Assembly (NCBI GenBank): GCA_964541055.1
Contig: CAZIQR010000002.1
Location: forward strand, 1-45,980
Reading direction: 5' to 3'
DNA length: 45,980 nucleotides
Source: an uncultured Eubacteriales bacterium
GTDB lineage: Bacteria > Acidobacteriota > Aminicenantia > Aminicenantales > Saccharicenantaceae
Below the pieces are notes generated by a model. The model had not been told where the DNA came from. It worked only from the letters and a program-made list of their open reading frames with translations, and searched no databases. The position numbers and the translations under genes are program-made. Below are positions 25,815-33,962 of this stretch, one piece after another (within the stretch, counting starts at the first letter, position 1; every line of letters starts with the position of its first letter).

Positions 25815-26444
25815 ATGAGACCCAAGCACGTCGCGTTCACCCTGATCATCGCCGCGGCCGTCGCCGGCTGCGCCGCCCATTACATCCTCGTCCCCCCGGC
25901 CGTCGATCTGAGCTCCGCCGGGACGATCGGCCTGGTGCTGTTCACGGCCAAGGACGCCAAAGGCGACCTCGACGCCGTCGCCACCCAGGATTTCCTCGAG
26001 GAGGTCACGGCCGCCCAGCGCGTGCCGGTCGTCGAGCTCGGCCCAGCCGGCAAGGTCCTGGGCGATATCGGCAGGACCGAGTTCGACCGGGACGCCTTCC
26101 CGGCCATCGGCGGCAAGGAGGGGGTCGACGCGGTCTTCCTCGGCGAGATCGCCGTGACCAAGGTCAAGCCCCAGCTCGACCTGGCGGCCCCGCTCTCCCG
26201 GACCCTGTTCGCCCGCGCCGCGATGGACATGGCGGTCAAGGTCCGCCTGGTCTCCACCAAGAGCGGCGCGACGCTGTGGACGAACTCGGCCATGCGTCAG
26301 GGCACGGTCGGATCGGTCGGGATGGACAACGGCATCCCCGTCTTCGCCGTCCGCGACAAGAACGCCGCCCTCAACGAGCTTCTCCGGCAGATCATGTTCC
26401 AGCTGACCTGGGATTTCCGCCCGACCCGTCAGCGGGTCCGCTAG
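25815..26444 (+). CDS. lipoprotein, function unknown
   Basis: Lipobox in AAAVAGC (MRPKHVAFTLIIAAAVAGCAAH). GGAAGGAG SD. Native codon usage. I recognise no family motif. Confidence 0.7.
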   Translation: MRPKHVAFTLIIAAAVAGCAAHYILVPPAVDLSSAGTIGLVLFTAKDAKGDLDAVATQDFLEEVTAAQRVPVVELGPAGKVLGDIGRTEFDRDAFPAIGGKEGVDAVFLGEIAVTKVKPQLDLAAPLSRTLFARAAMDMAVKVRLVSTKSGATLWTNSAMRQGTVGSVGMDNGIPVFAVRDKNAALNELLRQIMFQLTWDFRPTRQRVR

Positions 26445-26450
26445 GCCGGG

Positions 26451-27050
26451 TCATAGCGACCGGGGATTCGCCTTCCGCTCGATCTTGATGTTCAGGCGCG
26501 ACTGCAGATAGTCGGCCGCCGCGACGAGCGACCTCTCCAAAACCTGCCGCTCCTTGTCGAGAGACGATTCCGCCCGGCCGAGGACCCCCGGGATCCCCAC
26601 CGGAGCGGACGTCAGGCTTTTGAGGGCCTCCTTCATGGCCACGAGATCCTGAGGGTTCGCCGGCGACGGCCGGCGCGTCGTCTGGAAGACGATGACCCCG
26701 GCCGTGACGGCGAGGGCCAAAGCCGCCGCCGCGACGGGGAGGGGGCGAAGCCCAAAGACGAGGCGCCGGGGCGCCCGTGATATCCGTTCTGCCGTCCGAG
26801 GCGCCGTTTCGAACACAGCCTGACCGGCCCCGAGATCCAGGTCGAAGTCCGGGACCTTGTCCAGGAACGCGGCCCGCTCCGACTTGAGCCGTGACGCGAC
26901 CGTCATCGAGGCGCGGGCGAAGGCGCCGCAAACCCGGCAGCGGCCGACGTGCCGCTCGATCGCCCGGGGCAGTCTCCTCCCCGTATCCTGCGACCTCGAG
27001 ATCATCCAGCGGCTGATCCTGCACAACATCGGAGGTCTCCTTTTCCTCAA
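26451..27050 (-). CDS. anti-sigma factor (zf-HC2 type), single-pass membrane protein
   Basis: H-x3-C-x2-C motif in ERHVGRCRVCGAF. A central TM segment (LRPLPVAAAALALAVTAGVIVF). The ATG overlaps the sigma-factor stop (ATGA at 27047-27050). Confidence 0.75.
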   Translation of the reverse strand: MRKRRPPMLCRISRWMISRSQDTGRRLPRAIERHVGRCRVCGAFARASMTVASRLKSERAAFLDKVPDFDLDLGAGQAVFETAPRTAERISRAPRRLVFGLRPLPVAAAALALAVTAGVIVFQTTRRPSPANPQDLVAMKEALKSLTSAPVGIPGVLGRAESSLDKERQVLERSLVAAADYLQSRLNIKIERKANPRSL

Positions 27051-27652
27051 TTCCCCGCGGCCTGACGCGCCGCCCCGGTCTGCGGACCGACGGCACAGGC
27101 CGTCCCTGCGCCGACCCTCGCGGCCAGGCTCGTCCGGGCCCGATGGAGCAGCACCCGGACGGCGAGCTTGGTCCGCCCCAGAACGGCCGCGATCTCCTCG
27201 ACGGCCATGTCCTCGCCGTAGCGCAGCCAGAGCACGCGGAACCTGTCCTCGCTCAGGGTCCGGGCCGCGTCCCAGAGCCCCGACTCGCCGGGGCGGGACT
27301 CGGGTCCCGGCGCCGGGTCGGGGACGTCAAAACGATCGTCGAGGCCGGTCCGTTCCCGTACGGCGATGCCCTTGCGATAGGCATCGATAGCCAGACGGCC
27401 CGCCGACGTATACAGCCACGTCGAGAAACGGTAGGCGGGATCGTAGCCGTCGATGTTCCGGAAGAGCTTCAGAAACGTGTCCTGGACCATGTCCTCGGCG
27501 TCCTCGTCGCTCGCGAGCCGCGGCCGCAGATAGACGAAGAGCCGGCGCCGGTAGCGCGACGCCAGCTCCTCGAAAGACCGGCGCGAGCCGGCCCGCGCCT
27601 CGCGGGCCAGCTCCTCGTCGGTCCTCTCTGCGGTCCGTCCGGTCTCGGTCAT
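27047..27652 (-). CDS. ECF (sigma-70 family, group 4) RNA polymerase sigma factor
   Basis: Region 2 (EDMVQDTFLKLFRNIDGYDPAYRFSTWLYTSAGRLAIDAYRK) and region 4 HTH (EDMAVEEIAAVLGRTKLAVRVLLHRARTSL). Confidence 0.9.
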   Translation of the reverse strand: MTETGRTAERTDEELAREARAGSRRSFEELASRYRRRLFVYLRPRLASDEDAEDMVQDTFLKLFRNIDGYDPAYRFSTWLYTSAGRLAIDAYRKGIAVRERTGLDDRFDVPDPAPGPESRPGESGLWDAARTLSEDRFRVLWLRYGEDMAVEEIAAVLGRTKLAVRVLLHRARTSLAARVGAGTACAVGPQTGAARQAAGN

Positions 27653-27653
27653 C

Positions 27654-28577
27654 CTAATCCAGCAATCCTTTAACGCTCTTGTTGTGCGTGAGCAGGTCGG
27701 CGATCTCCTTGGACGGCCGTTCGAAGTCGAGCTTGATGACCTTGCCGTCCTGGCCGACCCGGAGGCCGTCGAGGACCTGCATCATCTCGGACATCTTGTC
27801 CTGGCCACCGCTCATGCGGCCGAGGGCCATCAGGCCTTGGATGATGTCCGTGATGTTCTTGGCCTTCTCGGCGTTGTCGGCCGTCAACTGAAGGTGCAAG
27901 AGGATATGATCGCTCTTTTCCTGGACCAGGAAGAACAGCCCAGTCGCCTGCTCGAGCATCTTGGACTCGCCGATCTCCTTGCCCAGCCCGGAGAGGTTGG
28001 GCACGAAGCCGCTTAGAAAAGCGCCCGAAGGGACTTCCTTGAGGGCATCGCTCAGGGGCGACCCGGAGAAGTTCCGGCCCTTCGAGTCGGCCGTGTCGAG
28101 GGACTTTTGGATGGCGGCCTGGCTGTCGCCAAGGACGATCAGGCGGTCGTTGGCGAAGGCGCCGAACTCGTCGTCGCCCGTCGAATAGATCTTGCGCTCC
28201 CCGTAGGGGATCTCCTTGTGCCCCTCCTGCAGACTGATCTGGCCCAGGATCGCGGACCGGTCGAACTTCCCGGCGAGGACCACGATGACCTCGTCCTTCT
28301 TATCATCCCCCAGGCCGAAGAGGGTCAATCCGGTGATGTCCTTTTTGATATCGATCTTCAGCCAGCCGTTGATCTTGTCGGCCTTGACCTGGAAGGCGCC
28401 GCTCCTGTCGAGATAGCCGTAGAGGCTGGTGGCGACGAACTTCTCCATATCGAAGTGGGCGAGCCATCGGGCATCGTTGGGGACGACGGACGAAGGGATG
28501 GTCCCCGGGAAGGCCGGGACGGCCCAAAACATGGCGGCCGCGATCAGGACCGCGGCGATAAGCATTGATCTCCTCAT
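27654..28577 (-). CDS. secreted protein of unknown function, first gene of the ECF sigma operon
   Basis: 307 aa. Signal peptide MRRSMLIAAVLIAAAMFWAVPAFPG. GAGGAG SD. Its stop lies 1 nt before the sigma ATG. Lys-rich and somewhat lower GC than its neighbours. Confidence 0.7.
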   Translation of the reverse strand: MRRSMLIAAVLIAAAMFWAVPAFPGTIPSSVVPNDARWLAHFDMEKFVATSLYGYLDRSGAFQVKADKINGWLKIDIKKDITGLTLFGLGDDKKDEVIVVLAGKFDRSAILGQISLQEGHKEIPYGERKIYSTGDDEFGAFANDRLIVLGDSQAAIQKSLDTADSKGRNFSGSPLSDALKEVPSGAFLSGFVPNLSGLGKEIGESKMLEQATGLFFLVQEKSDHILLHLQLTADNAEKAKNITDIIQGLMALGRMSGGQDKMSEMMQVLDGLRVGQDGKVIKLDFERPSKEIADLLTHNKSVKGLLD

Positions 28578-28651
28578 GTCGAACTCCTCATGGTCGATTT
28601 GGACGCCCTGTAATACGCGCCCCCAGGGGCCGTTGTTTCATTACCGCCGCC

Positions 28652-31258
28652 CTAGAATTCCAGGCTGAGCGACTCCCCGGGCCTGAGGGTCCGGACCTCT
28701 TTGAAGGCCTTGGCCGGGTCGTTCCCCAGGCGGAAGGACCTCAAGGCGATCGCGCCTTGAAGAAGCTTGAGCTCGGCCGTCTTGCCGCCGGGGCCCACCG
28801 TGCAGGTGCCCCAGGCCTCGCCGTTCGACCAGAACCAGGTCCCTTCGCCGGCGCCAAAGGCCATGGCCTGAACGCGGCCGTCCCACAAGAACCCTGAGAG
28901 GGCCGGCACGGCCGCCCAGCTGGCCATGGCTCTGGCATAGTGATGGCCGCATTCGGCCTCATCGAACGGGCTCCGCTTCTTCCCGTCGTAGCGGGCCCGG
29001 ATGTCGCCGATCGCCTTGAGCCCGCTCGCAAGCTCGCCTTCGTAGAGAAGCCCTGCGGCCGCCGTGTACTCGAAACCAGTCATGACCTCGGTGAAATACG
29101 GGAACGGGTTCCGCGGCCGGCCTTTGGGATAGCTGGCCATGAGCAGGGCCGTCTCGTCGCCGAGGACGAACGACCGCAGGCAATTGAAGTGGTCGTTGAA
29201 TCCCGTCTGGGTGTTGTATTTGAGGATGCTTTGGAGGGTCGTCTTGACGTGGGCCGGGTCGACGAGATAGCCCAGGCCGCAGATGTGGGCCATATATTGC
29301 CCGACGAGCTGGTCGACGAGGCAGCCCTGCGCCAGCTGGTAGTCGGGCTCCGTGACGCTTTTCGCGCCCATGTCGAGGCGGAGCGCCGGGGCGACATCCT
29401 CGACGGTCTTGGGCGGCTGGACATGGTGCTCGTAGTACTCGCCGTTCCAGAGGTTGGCGTCCGTCCAGGCCCGGCCCTTATTAAAGAGGTCGCGGCAGAG
29501 GGCGGCAAAGGCCTTGTCGCCGGCGCCCTTGGCCATCTCCTCCCCGGCCCGCAGCGCGCCGAGATACCAGAGCTCCATCTGCGGGTTCGGTCCGTAGTAC
29601 TCGACGTCCATGGTATTGTGCTGGCAGCCTTCCATGACCCCGTCGCGGTCGGCGTCCCAGCCGCCCTTGATCCAGGCAAAAGAGAGGGCCCGCTTGATCG
29701 ACGGCCAGAGCTTGGCCAGCCAGGCGTTGTCGCCCGACATCTTCCATTCGCGGAAGACGCGCATGATCGTGCCCATCTGGCCGTCGGCCGCGGCCTTGCC
29801 GAACTCGCGGGCCCGCTCGATCGGCAGGCGGACGCGGAAGCTCATCAGGCCCTGGTCGTCGGTCGCGGCCAGGAACTCGGTCTCGCGCATGGTCCGGGCC
29901 AGGTCGCCGAAGAGGAAGGCCGTGGCCTGCTCGTAGTTCCAGACGTGGGTGCACGAGCCCCAGCAGCAGCCCGAGTTGTTGCTGCACCCCTCGAAGCCGA
30001 AGAACTTGCCGTCGGGGGTCCGGAAGCAGGTCTGGGTCCGAAGCGTGCTGAGGTTGAAGAGGGCCGCCTCCTTGACCTCGGCCGGAAGAGCGCTTGAAAC
30101 GAAGGCCCGGACGAACTCGACCGTCCGCGATTCGAGCCCGCCGGCGCACGAGACGAAGGCCTCGGCCGCGTCCCACGCCGAGGCCCAGCGTGTCGTATAG
30201 TAGTTGCCGATGACGTCGTCCGGGGTGCCCCTGGGCGACCAGGTGACGCGGTTCGGGAAGTGCCAAGCGAGGATGAAGGCGGCCGTCGCGCTCCCGCCGG
30301 CCGGGACGTCGACCTCGACCGTGAGCGAGCCGAAAGGCATGTCCTCGTTCGTGGCCGGCCGCGCGTCGAGCTTGCCGTCGGCCGCGAAATCGTCCCAGAA
30401 ATCGAGGAGAGGCGTGCCCCAGCCGGCAACGAGCCAGGCCGCCCGGCTCGTACCGCGGGTCCCGGCGGGTGCGGCCAGGGCGATCGTGCCCCAGGCTTCG
30501 TGTTTGTCGCTGACCCCGTCCGAATGCATGAAGAGGCCGCGGAGCTTGTCGGTGGCCCGGAATTCGTTCTTGTTCTTGACCGGGCCCGCCGTGATCGGGT
30601 CGCCCTTCCAGTCCTTGGTCGTGCCCGAGCCGTCGGCGCCGATGAAATTGGGCAGAGTGCCGCAGACCGCGGCCTTGAGCGGCCGGCCGGTCCTGTTGAT
30701 GATCACGTAGCGCAAAGCCGCTACCGGGAAGCCGCTGTCGTCGGCGTCGCCGGGGATGAGCGGGTTCCAGGCTTCGAGGCGGATGTCCACGGGCGAATCC
30801 GGATCGGAGAAGAAGACCTGGCCGAGCGGATAGGCCGCGGCGAAGGAGACGTTGCGGAAGCGGGGCAGGCCGTGGTTGATGGCCGTCGAGCCGTGCGAGG
30901 CCTCGTAGGCGGAAAGCGGCAGCGGCCCTTCGATGGCCCGGGTGAACGGGGCCTCGCCGCCCTCGACGTGGATAGCGAAGAAGGGCCCGGTCTGCTGGCC
31001 GCTGTAAGGGGTATAGCCCTTGGCCGGCCGGTTCATGATCTCCCAGTCGATGAGGTTGCCGCGGCCGCCGAGCGAGACGGTGCCGGTGCCGATGCCGCCG
31101 AGCGGCATGGCGATCTTCTCGACGTGGTCGCGGTCGTAGGTTTTGACCACCGGCCAATCCGCGCGCCACGTATCGGCGGCGCCCAGGGGCGATGCCCCCG
31201 CGACGATGATCGCCGCGAGCATAACGAAAACGATCGGCAATCGAACGAGACTTCTCAT
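28652..31258 (-). CDS. glycoside hydrolase family 116 (GBA2-type beta-glucosidase / glucosylceramidase), secreted
   Basis: GH116 N-domain motif MPLGGIGTGTVSLGGRGNLIDWEIMNRP. Catalytic-domain motif GCCWGSCTHVWNYEQA. Start re-called to ATG 31258 (MRSLVRLPIVFVMLAAIIVAGASPLGA signal peptide, GGAGG SD). The listed 80-aa extension would run into glpK. Confidence 0.85.
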   Translation of the reverse strand: MRSLVRLPIVFVMLAAIIVAGASPLGAADTWRADWPVVKTYDRDHVEKIAMPLGGIGTGTVSLGGRGNLIDWEIMNRPAKGYTPYSGQQTGPFFAIHVEGGEAPFTRAIEGPLPLSAYEASHGSTAINHGLPRFRNVSFAAAYPLGQVFFSDPDSPVDIRLEAWNPLIPGDADDSGFPVAALRYVIINRTGRPLKAAVCGTLPNFIGADGSGTTKDWKGDPITAGPVKNKNEFRATDKLRGLFMHSDGVSDKHEAWGTIALAAPAGTRGTSRAAWLVAGWGTPLLDFWDDFAADGKLDARPATNEDMPFGSLTVEVDVPAGGSATAAFILAWHFPNRVTWSPRGTPDDVIGNYYTTRWASAWDAAEAFVSCAGGLESRTVEFVRAFVSSALPAEVKEAALFNLSTLRTQTCFRTPDGKFFGFEGCSNNSGCCWGSCTHVWNYEQATAFLFGDLARTMRETEFLAATDDQGLMSFRVRLPIERAREFGKAAADGQMGTIMRVFREWKMSGDNAWLAKLWPSIKRALSFAWIKGGWDADRDGVMEGCQHNTMDVEYYGPNPQMELWYLGALRAGEEMAKGAGDKAFAALCRDLFNKGRAWTDANLWNGEYYEHHVQPPKTVEDVAPALRLDMGAKSVTEPDYQLAQGCLVDQLVGQYMAHICGLGYLVDPAHVKTTLQSILKYNTQTGFNDHFNCLRSFVLGDETALLMASYPKGRPRNPFPYFTEVMTGFEYTAAAGLLYEGELASGLKAIGDIRARYDGKKRSPFDEAECGHHYARAMASWAAVPALSGFLWDGRVQAMAFGAGEGTWFWSNGEAWGTCTVGPGGKTAELKLLQGAIALRSFRLGNDPAKAFKEVRTLRPGESLSLEF

Positions 31259-31295
31259 CGGCGGGCCCTCCTCTGTGAATGGGCTTCTTAAAAAG

Positions 31296-32774
31296 CTAGA
31301 TCGCTCGGGCTTTACGAACGGCCGCCTGCCAACCCGCGTAGAGCTTGTCGGCCTGGCCGCGCGGCATGGCTGGGATGAACTTGCGCTCGTCGACGGCCAG
31401 CCGCTCGATGGCCGCGGTCGACTCGAAAATGCCGGCGCCGAGGCCGGCGAGATAGGCCGCGCCGAGCGAGGTCGTCTCGACCGTCTTCGGGCGAACAACG
31501 GGCAGGCCGAGGATGTCGGCCTGGAAGCGGCACAGGAAGTCGTTGGCCGAGGCGCCGCCGTCGACGCGCAGCTCCCTCACCCGCAGCCCCGAGTCGAGCC
31601 GCATCGTCTCGAGAACGTCACGCGTGGAATAGGCCATGGCCTCGACGGCGGCCCGGACGAGGTGGTTCCGGCCGGCGCCGCGCGTCAGGCCGACGATTGT
31701 GCCCCGGGCCTCGGCATCCCAATAGGGGGCGCCCAGGCCGACAAAGGCCGGTACGAAATAGACCCCGGCGTTATCGGCCACCGAGGCGGCCATGGCTTCC
31801 GATTCGCCGGCCGCTCCGAGCAGTCCGAGTTGGTCGCGCAGCCACTGGATGGCCGCGCCGGCGATGAAGACCGAACCCTCGAGGGCGTAAGCGGCCTTGC
31901 CGCCGGGCCCGCAGGCCACGGTGGTGATGATGCCGTGACGGGACTCGACCGGCTCCTTTCCCGTGTTGAGCAGGATGAAGAGGCCCGTGCCGTAGGTGTT
32001 CTTGATGGCCCCCGGCCGGAAGCCGGCCTGGCCGAAAAGCGCCGCCTGCTGGTCGCCGGCGATGCCCATGATCGGGATGCCCGCCGGAAGCCGTCCCAGC
32101 CGGACCGTGCGACCGAACTCGCCCGCCGAGGGCAACACCCGGGGCAGGATGGCGGCCGGCACGCCGAAGAGGTCGAGGAGTTCGGCGTCCCAGTCGAGGC
32201 CGCGGATGTTGAAGAGCATCGTCCGCGAGGCGTTGGTCGGGTCCGTGGCGTGGCTCGCGCCCCCCGCGAGCTTCCACAGGACCCAGGTGTCGGTCGTGCC
32301 GAAGAGAAGGCGCCCGCGCCGGGCCCGCTCGCGCAACCCGTCGCGCTTGAGAATCCACTCGGCCTTGGTGGCCGAGAAATAAGCGTCGATCGGCAGGCCG
32401 GTCTTCTCGCGGATGCGGGCGCTCATTCCGGGCCGGGCGGCGAGGTCGCGGCAGCGGCCGGCCGTCCGCCGGCACTGCCAGACGATGGCGTTGGCCACGG
32501 GCCGCCCGGTGCGCCGGTCCCAGATGACGGTCGTCTCGCGCTGGTTGGTGATGCCGACGGCGGCGATCGTCCGGCCGGGAACGCTCGTCAGCGCCTTCTG
32601 GATCGTCCGATAGACGCTCCGCCAGATCTCCTCCGGGTCGTGCTCGACCCAGCCGGGCCGCGGAAAATACTGGGGGAACTCCTCGTAGGCCGAGGCGACG
32701 GCCCGGCCGCCCCGGTCGAAGACGATGGCCCGGCTCCCGGTCGTGCCCTGGTCGATGGCCAGGATGTGGCTCAT
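31296..32774 (-). CDS. glpK: glycerol kinase
   Basis: MSHILAIDQGTTGSRAIVFD...ITNQRETTVIWDR...FGTTDTWVLWKL; canonical FGGY/GlpK motifs, 492 aa. Confidence 0.95.
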   Translation of the reverse strand: MSHILAIDQGTTGSRAIVFDRGGRAVASAYEEFPQYFPRPGWVEHDPEEIWRSVYRTIQKALTSVPGRTIAAVGITNQRETTVIWDRRTGRPVANAIVWQCRRTAGRCRDLAARPGMSARIREKTGLPIDAYFSATKAEWILKRDGLRERARRGRLLFGTTDTWVLWKLAGGASHATDPTNASRTMLFNIRGLDWDAELLDLFGVPAAILPRVLPSAGEFGRTVRLGRLPAGIPIMGIAGDQQAALFGQAGFRPGAIKNTYGTGLFILLNTGKEPVESRHGIITTVACGPGGKAAYALEGSVFIAGAAIQWLRDQLGLLGAAGESEAMAASVADNAGVYFVPAFVGLGAPYWDAEARGTIVGLTRGAGRNHLVRAAVEAMAYSTRDVLETMRLDSGLRVRELRVDGGASANDFLCRFQADILGLPVVRPKTVETTSLGAAYLAGLGAGIFESTAAIERLAVDERKFIPAMPRGQADKLYAGWQAAVRKARAI

Positions 32775-32775
32775 G

Positions 32776-33597
32776 TCAAATCCGTTCCGCCGTCCAATTC
32801 AGGACGTCGCCGAAGACCTTCTCCCGGTCGAGGTCGATATTGAGGGCGTGGTACATTTCCGGATACTCGATGATCGTCTTGTCGGCCACGGCGATCTTCC
32901 CGAAGATCTTCCGGCCGCCTCGCTCGTCGACGAGGTGGTCGATGCCGGGGATGAGGAAGAGCACGGGGCTCGCGAAGTCCTTGGCCAGGCGGCCGGCCCG
33001 CGCCTGGACCGGGAGGAACCCGGCCATGAGCTTGACGCTCGCCACGCGGATTTCATCGGGGTTGGCATTCATGACCGCGGCGTAATCGGGGTCGCGGGTG
33101 GCCATCTCGGAGGTGAAGGGCAGGTCGATCATGGTCTTCGGACGGAACGGCACCAGGCCGATTTTGGCGTAAGCGGACACTGGGAATTTCATGCCGTTCT
33201 TGAAGGCCGGGGCCAACAGGACCGTTCCGTTGAACCGCCCGGGGTGACGGGCGACGAGGTCATAGACGACGAGTCCCCCCATGCTCTCGCCGGCGATAAA
33301 GACCTTGCGCCCCGGATGGTCCGCAGCGATGCGGTCCCTCAGGGCCAGGATATCGCCGTCCCAGAAGCGCCACGCATCGACATGGCCGAGAGGCCTGTCG
33401 GGCGACCGCCCGAAGCCGCGGAGCTCGATGGCGTAGGACGCGAAGCCCCGCTCGGCGAAGAAAGCCCCCCAGAAGTCCCAGCGGGCCGAGTGGGCGCCGA
33501 GCCCGTGAACAAGCAGGAAGACGGCTTTGGGCGCGGCCGGATCCGGCGCGGCGTCCCAGCGGCGGAAGAGGAATGCGGTGCCTTGGAGGTCGCTCAT
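32776..33597 (-). CDS. alpha/beta hydrolase (monoacylglycerol lipase / lysophospholipase-like)
   Basis: HGLGAHS oxyanion region and nucleophile elbow GESMGG. 273 aa with no signal peptide. Its stop lies 1 nt before the glpK ATG. Confidence 0.8.
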   Translation of the reverse strand: MSDLQGTAFLFRRWDAAPDPAAPKAVFLLVHGLGAHSARWDFWGAFFAERGFASYAIELRGFGRSPDRPLGHVDAWRFWDGDILALRDRIAADHPGRKVFIAGESMGGLVVYDLVARHPGRFNGTVLLAPAFKNGMKFPVSAYAKIGLVPFRPKTMIDLPFTSEMATRDPDYAAVMNANPDEIRVASVKLMAGFLPVQARAGRLAKDFASPVLFLIPGIDHLVDERGGRKIFGKIAVADKTIIEYPEMYHALNIDLDREKVFGDVLNWTAERI

Positions 33598-33615
33598 GGC
33601 CGGATTATATCAGGC

Positions 33616-33644
33616 TTGAACCCCCCGGTGAATCTCTGTATGAT
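33616..33644 (+). promoter_or_regulatory. putative sigma70-type promoter TTGAAC-17-TATGAT
   Basis: TTGAAC at 33616-33621, a 17-nt spacer, TATGAT at 33639-33644. AAGGAGG at 33664-33670 then precedes GTG 33675. Confidence 0.45.
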
Positions 33645-33674
33645 ACAAGCGAAAATCCGGAACAAGGAGGTCTG

Positions 33675-33869
33675 GTGCCTAGAGGAAACCGAGCGTTCAG
33701 AAGCGAAAAAAGGACCAAAGAGCTGAAGCGTCTGAAGAAACAGGAAGAGAAGCGGTTGCGGCGCATAGGCAAGGTGACGGGCACGGAGTCCGAGCCCGAA
33801 GTCTTCTCCCCCGACGAGGCGCCGGCGGCCCCGCCTGCTCCGGACGATCCCGGAGAGGGAACGACCTGA
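33675..33869 (+). CDS. small (64 aa) protein with strongly basic N-terminus and acidic/Pro-rich tail, unknown function
   Basis: The in-frame GTG 33675 is preceded by AAGGAGG at 4-nt spacing. Product: VPRGNRAFRSEKRTKELKRLKKQEEKRLRRIGKVTGTESEPEVFSPDEAPAAPPAPDDPGEGTT. The listed ORF start 33573 would overlap the divergent hydrolase gene. Hairpin GTCCCC-tgcc-GGGGAC lies at 33912-33927. Confidence 0.5.
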   Translation: MPRGNRAFRSEKRTKELKRLKKQEEKRLRRIGKVTGTESEPEVFSPDEAPAAPPAPDDPGEGTT

Positions 33870-33962
33870 GGCCGTCCGCACACGACATTTGCCATCCCCA
33901 CTCCGGTCCGGGTCCCCTGCCGGGGACGCCTCAGCGGGCCGGATGAACCCGAGAAGGGTTCC

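Noticed and set aside
31259-31498. 80-aa extension of the GH116 ORF. Similarly, 18288..18689 is an extension of the MFP ORF.
   Set aside because: Both run into the preceding gene (glpK and tolC respectively) and are Arg/Pro/Ser-rich. The internal starts have strong SDs and begin proper signal or lipoprotein peptides.
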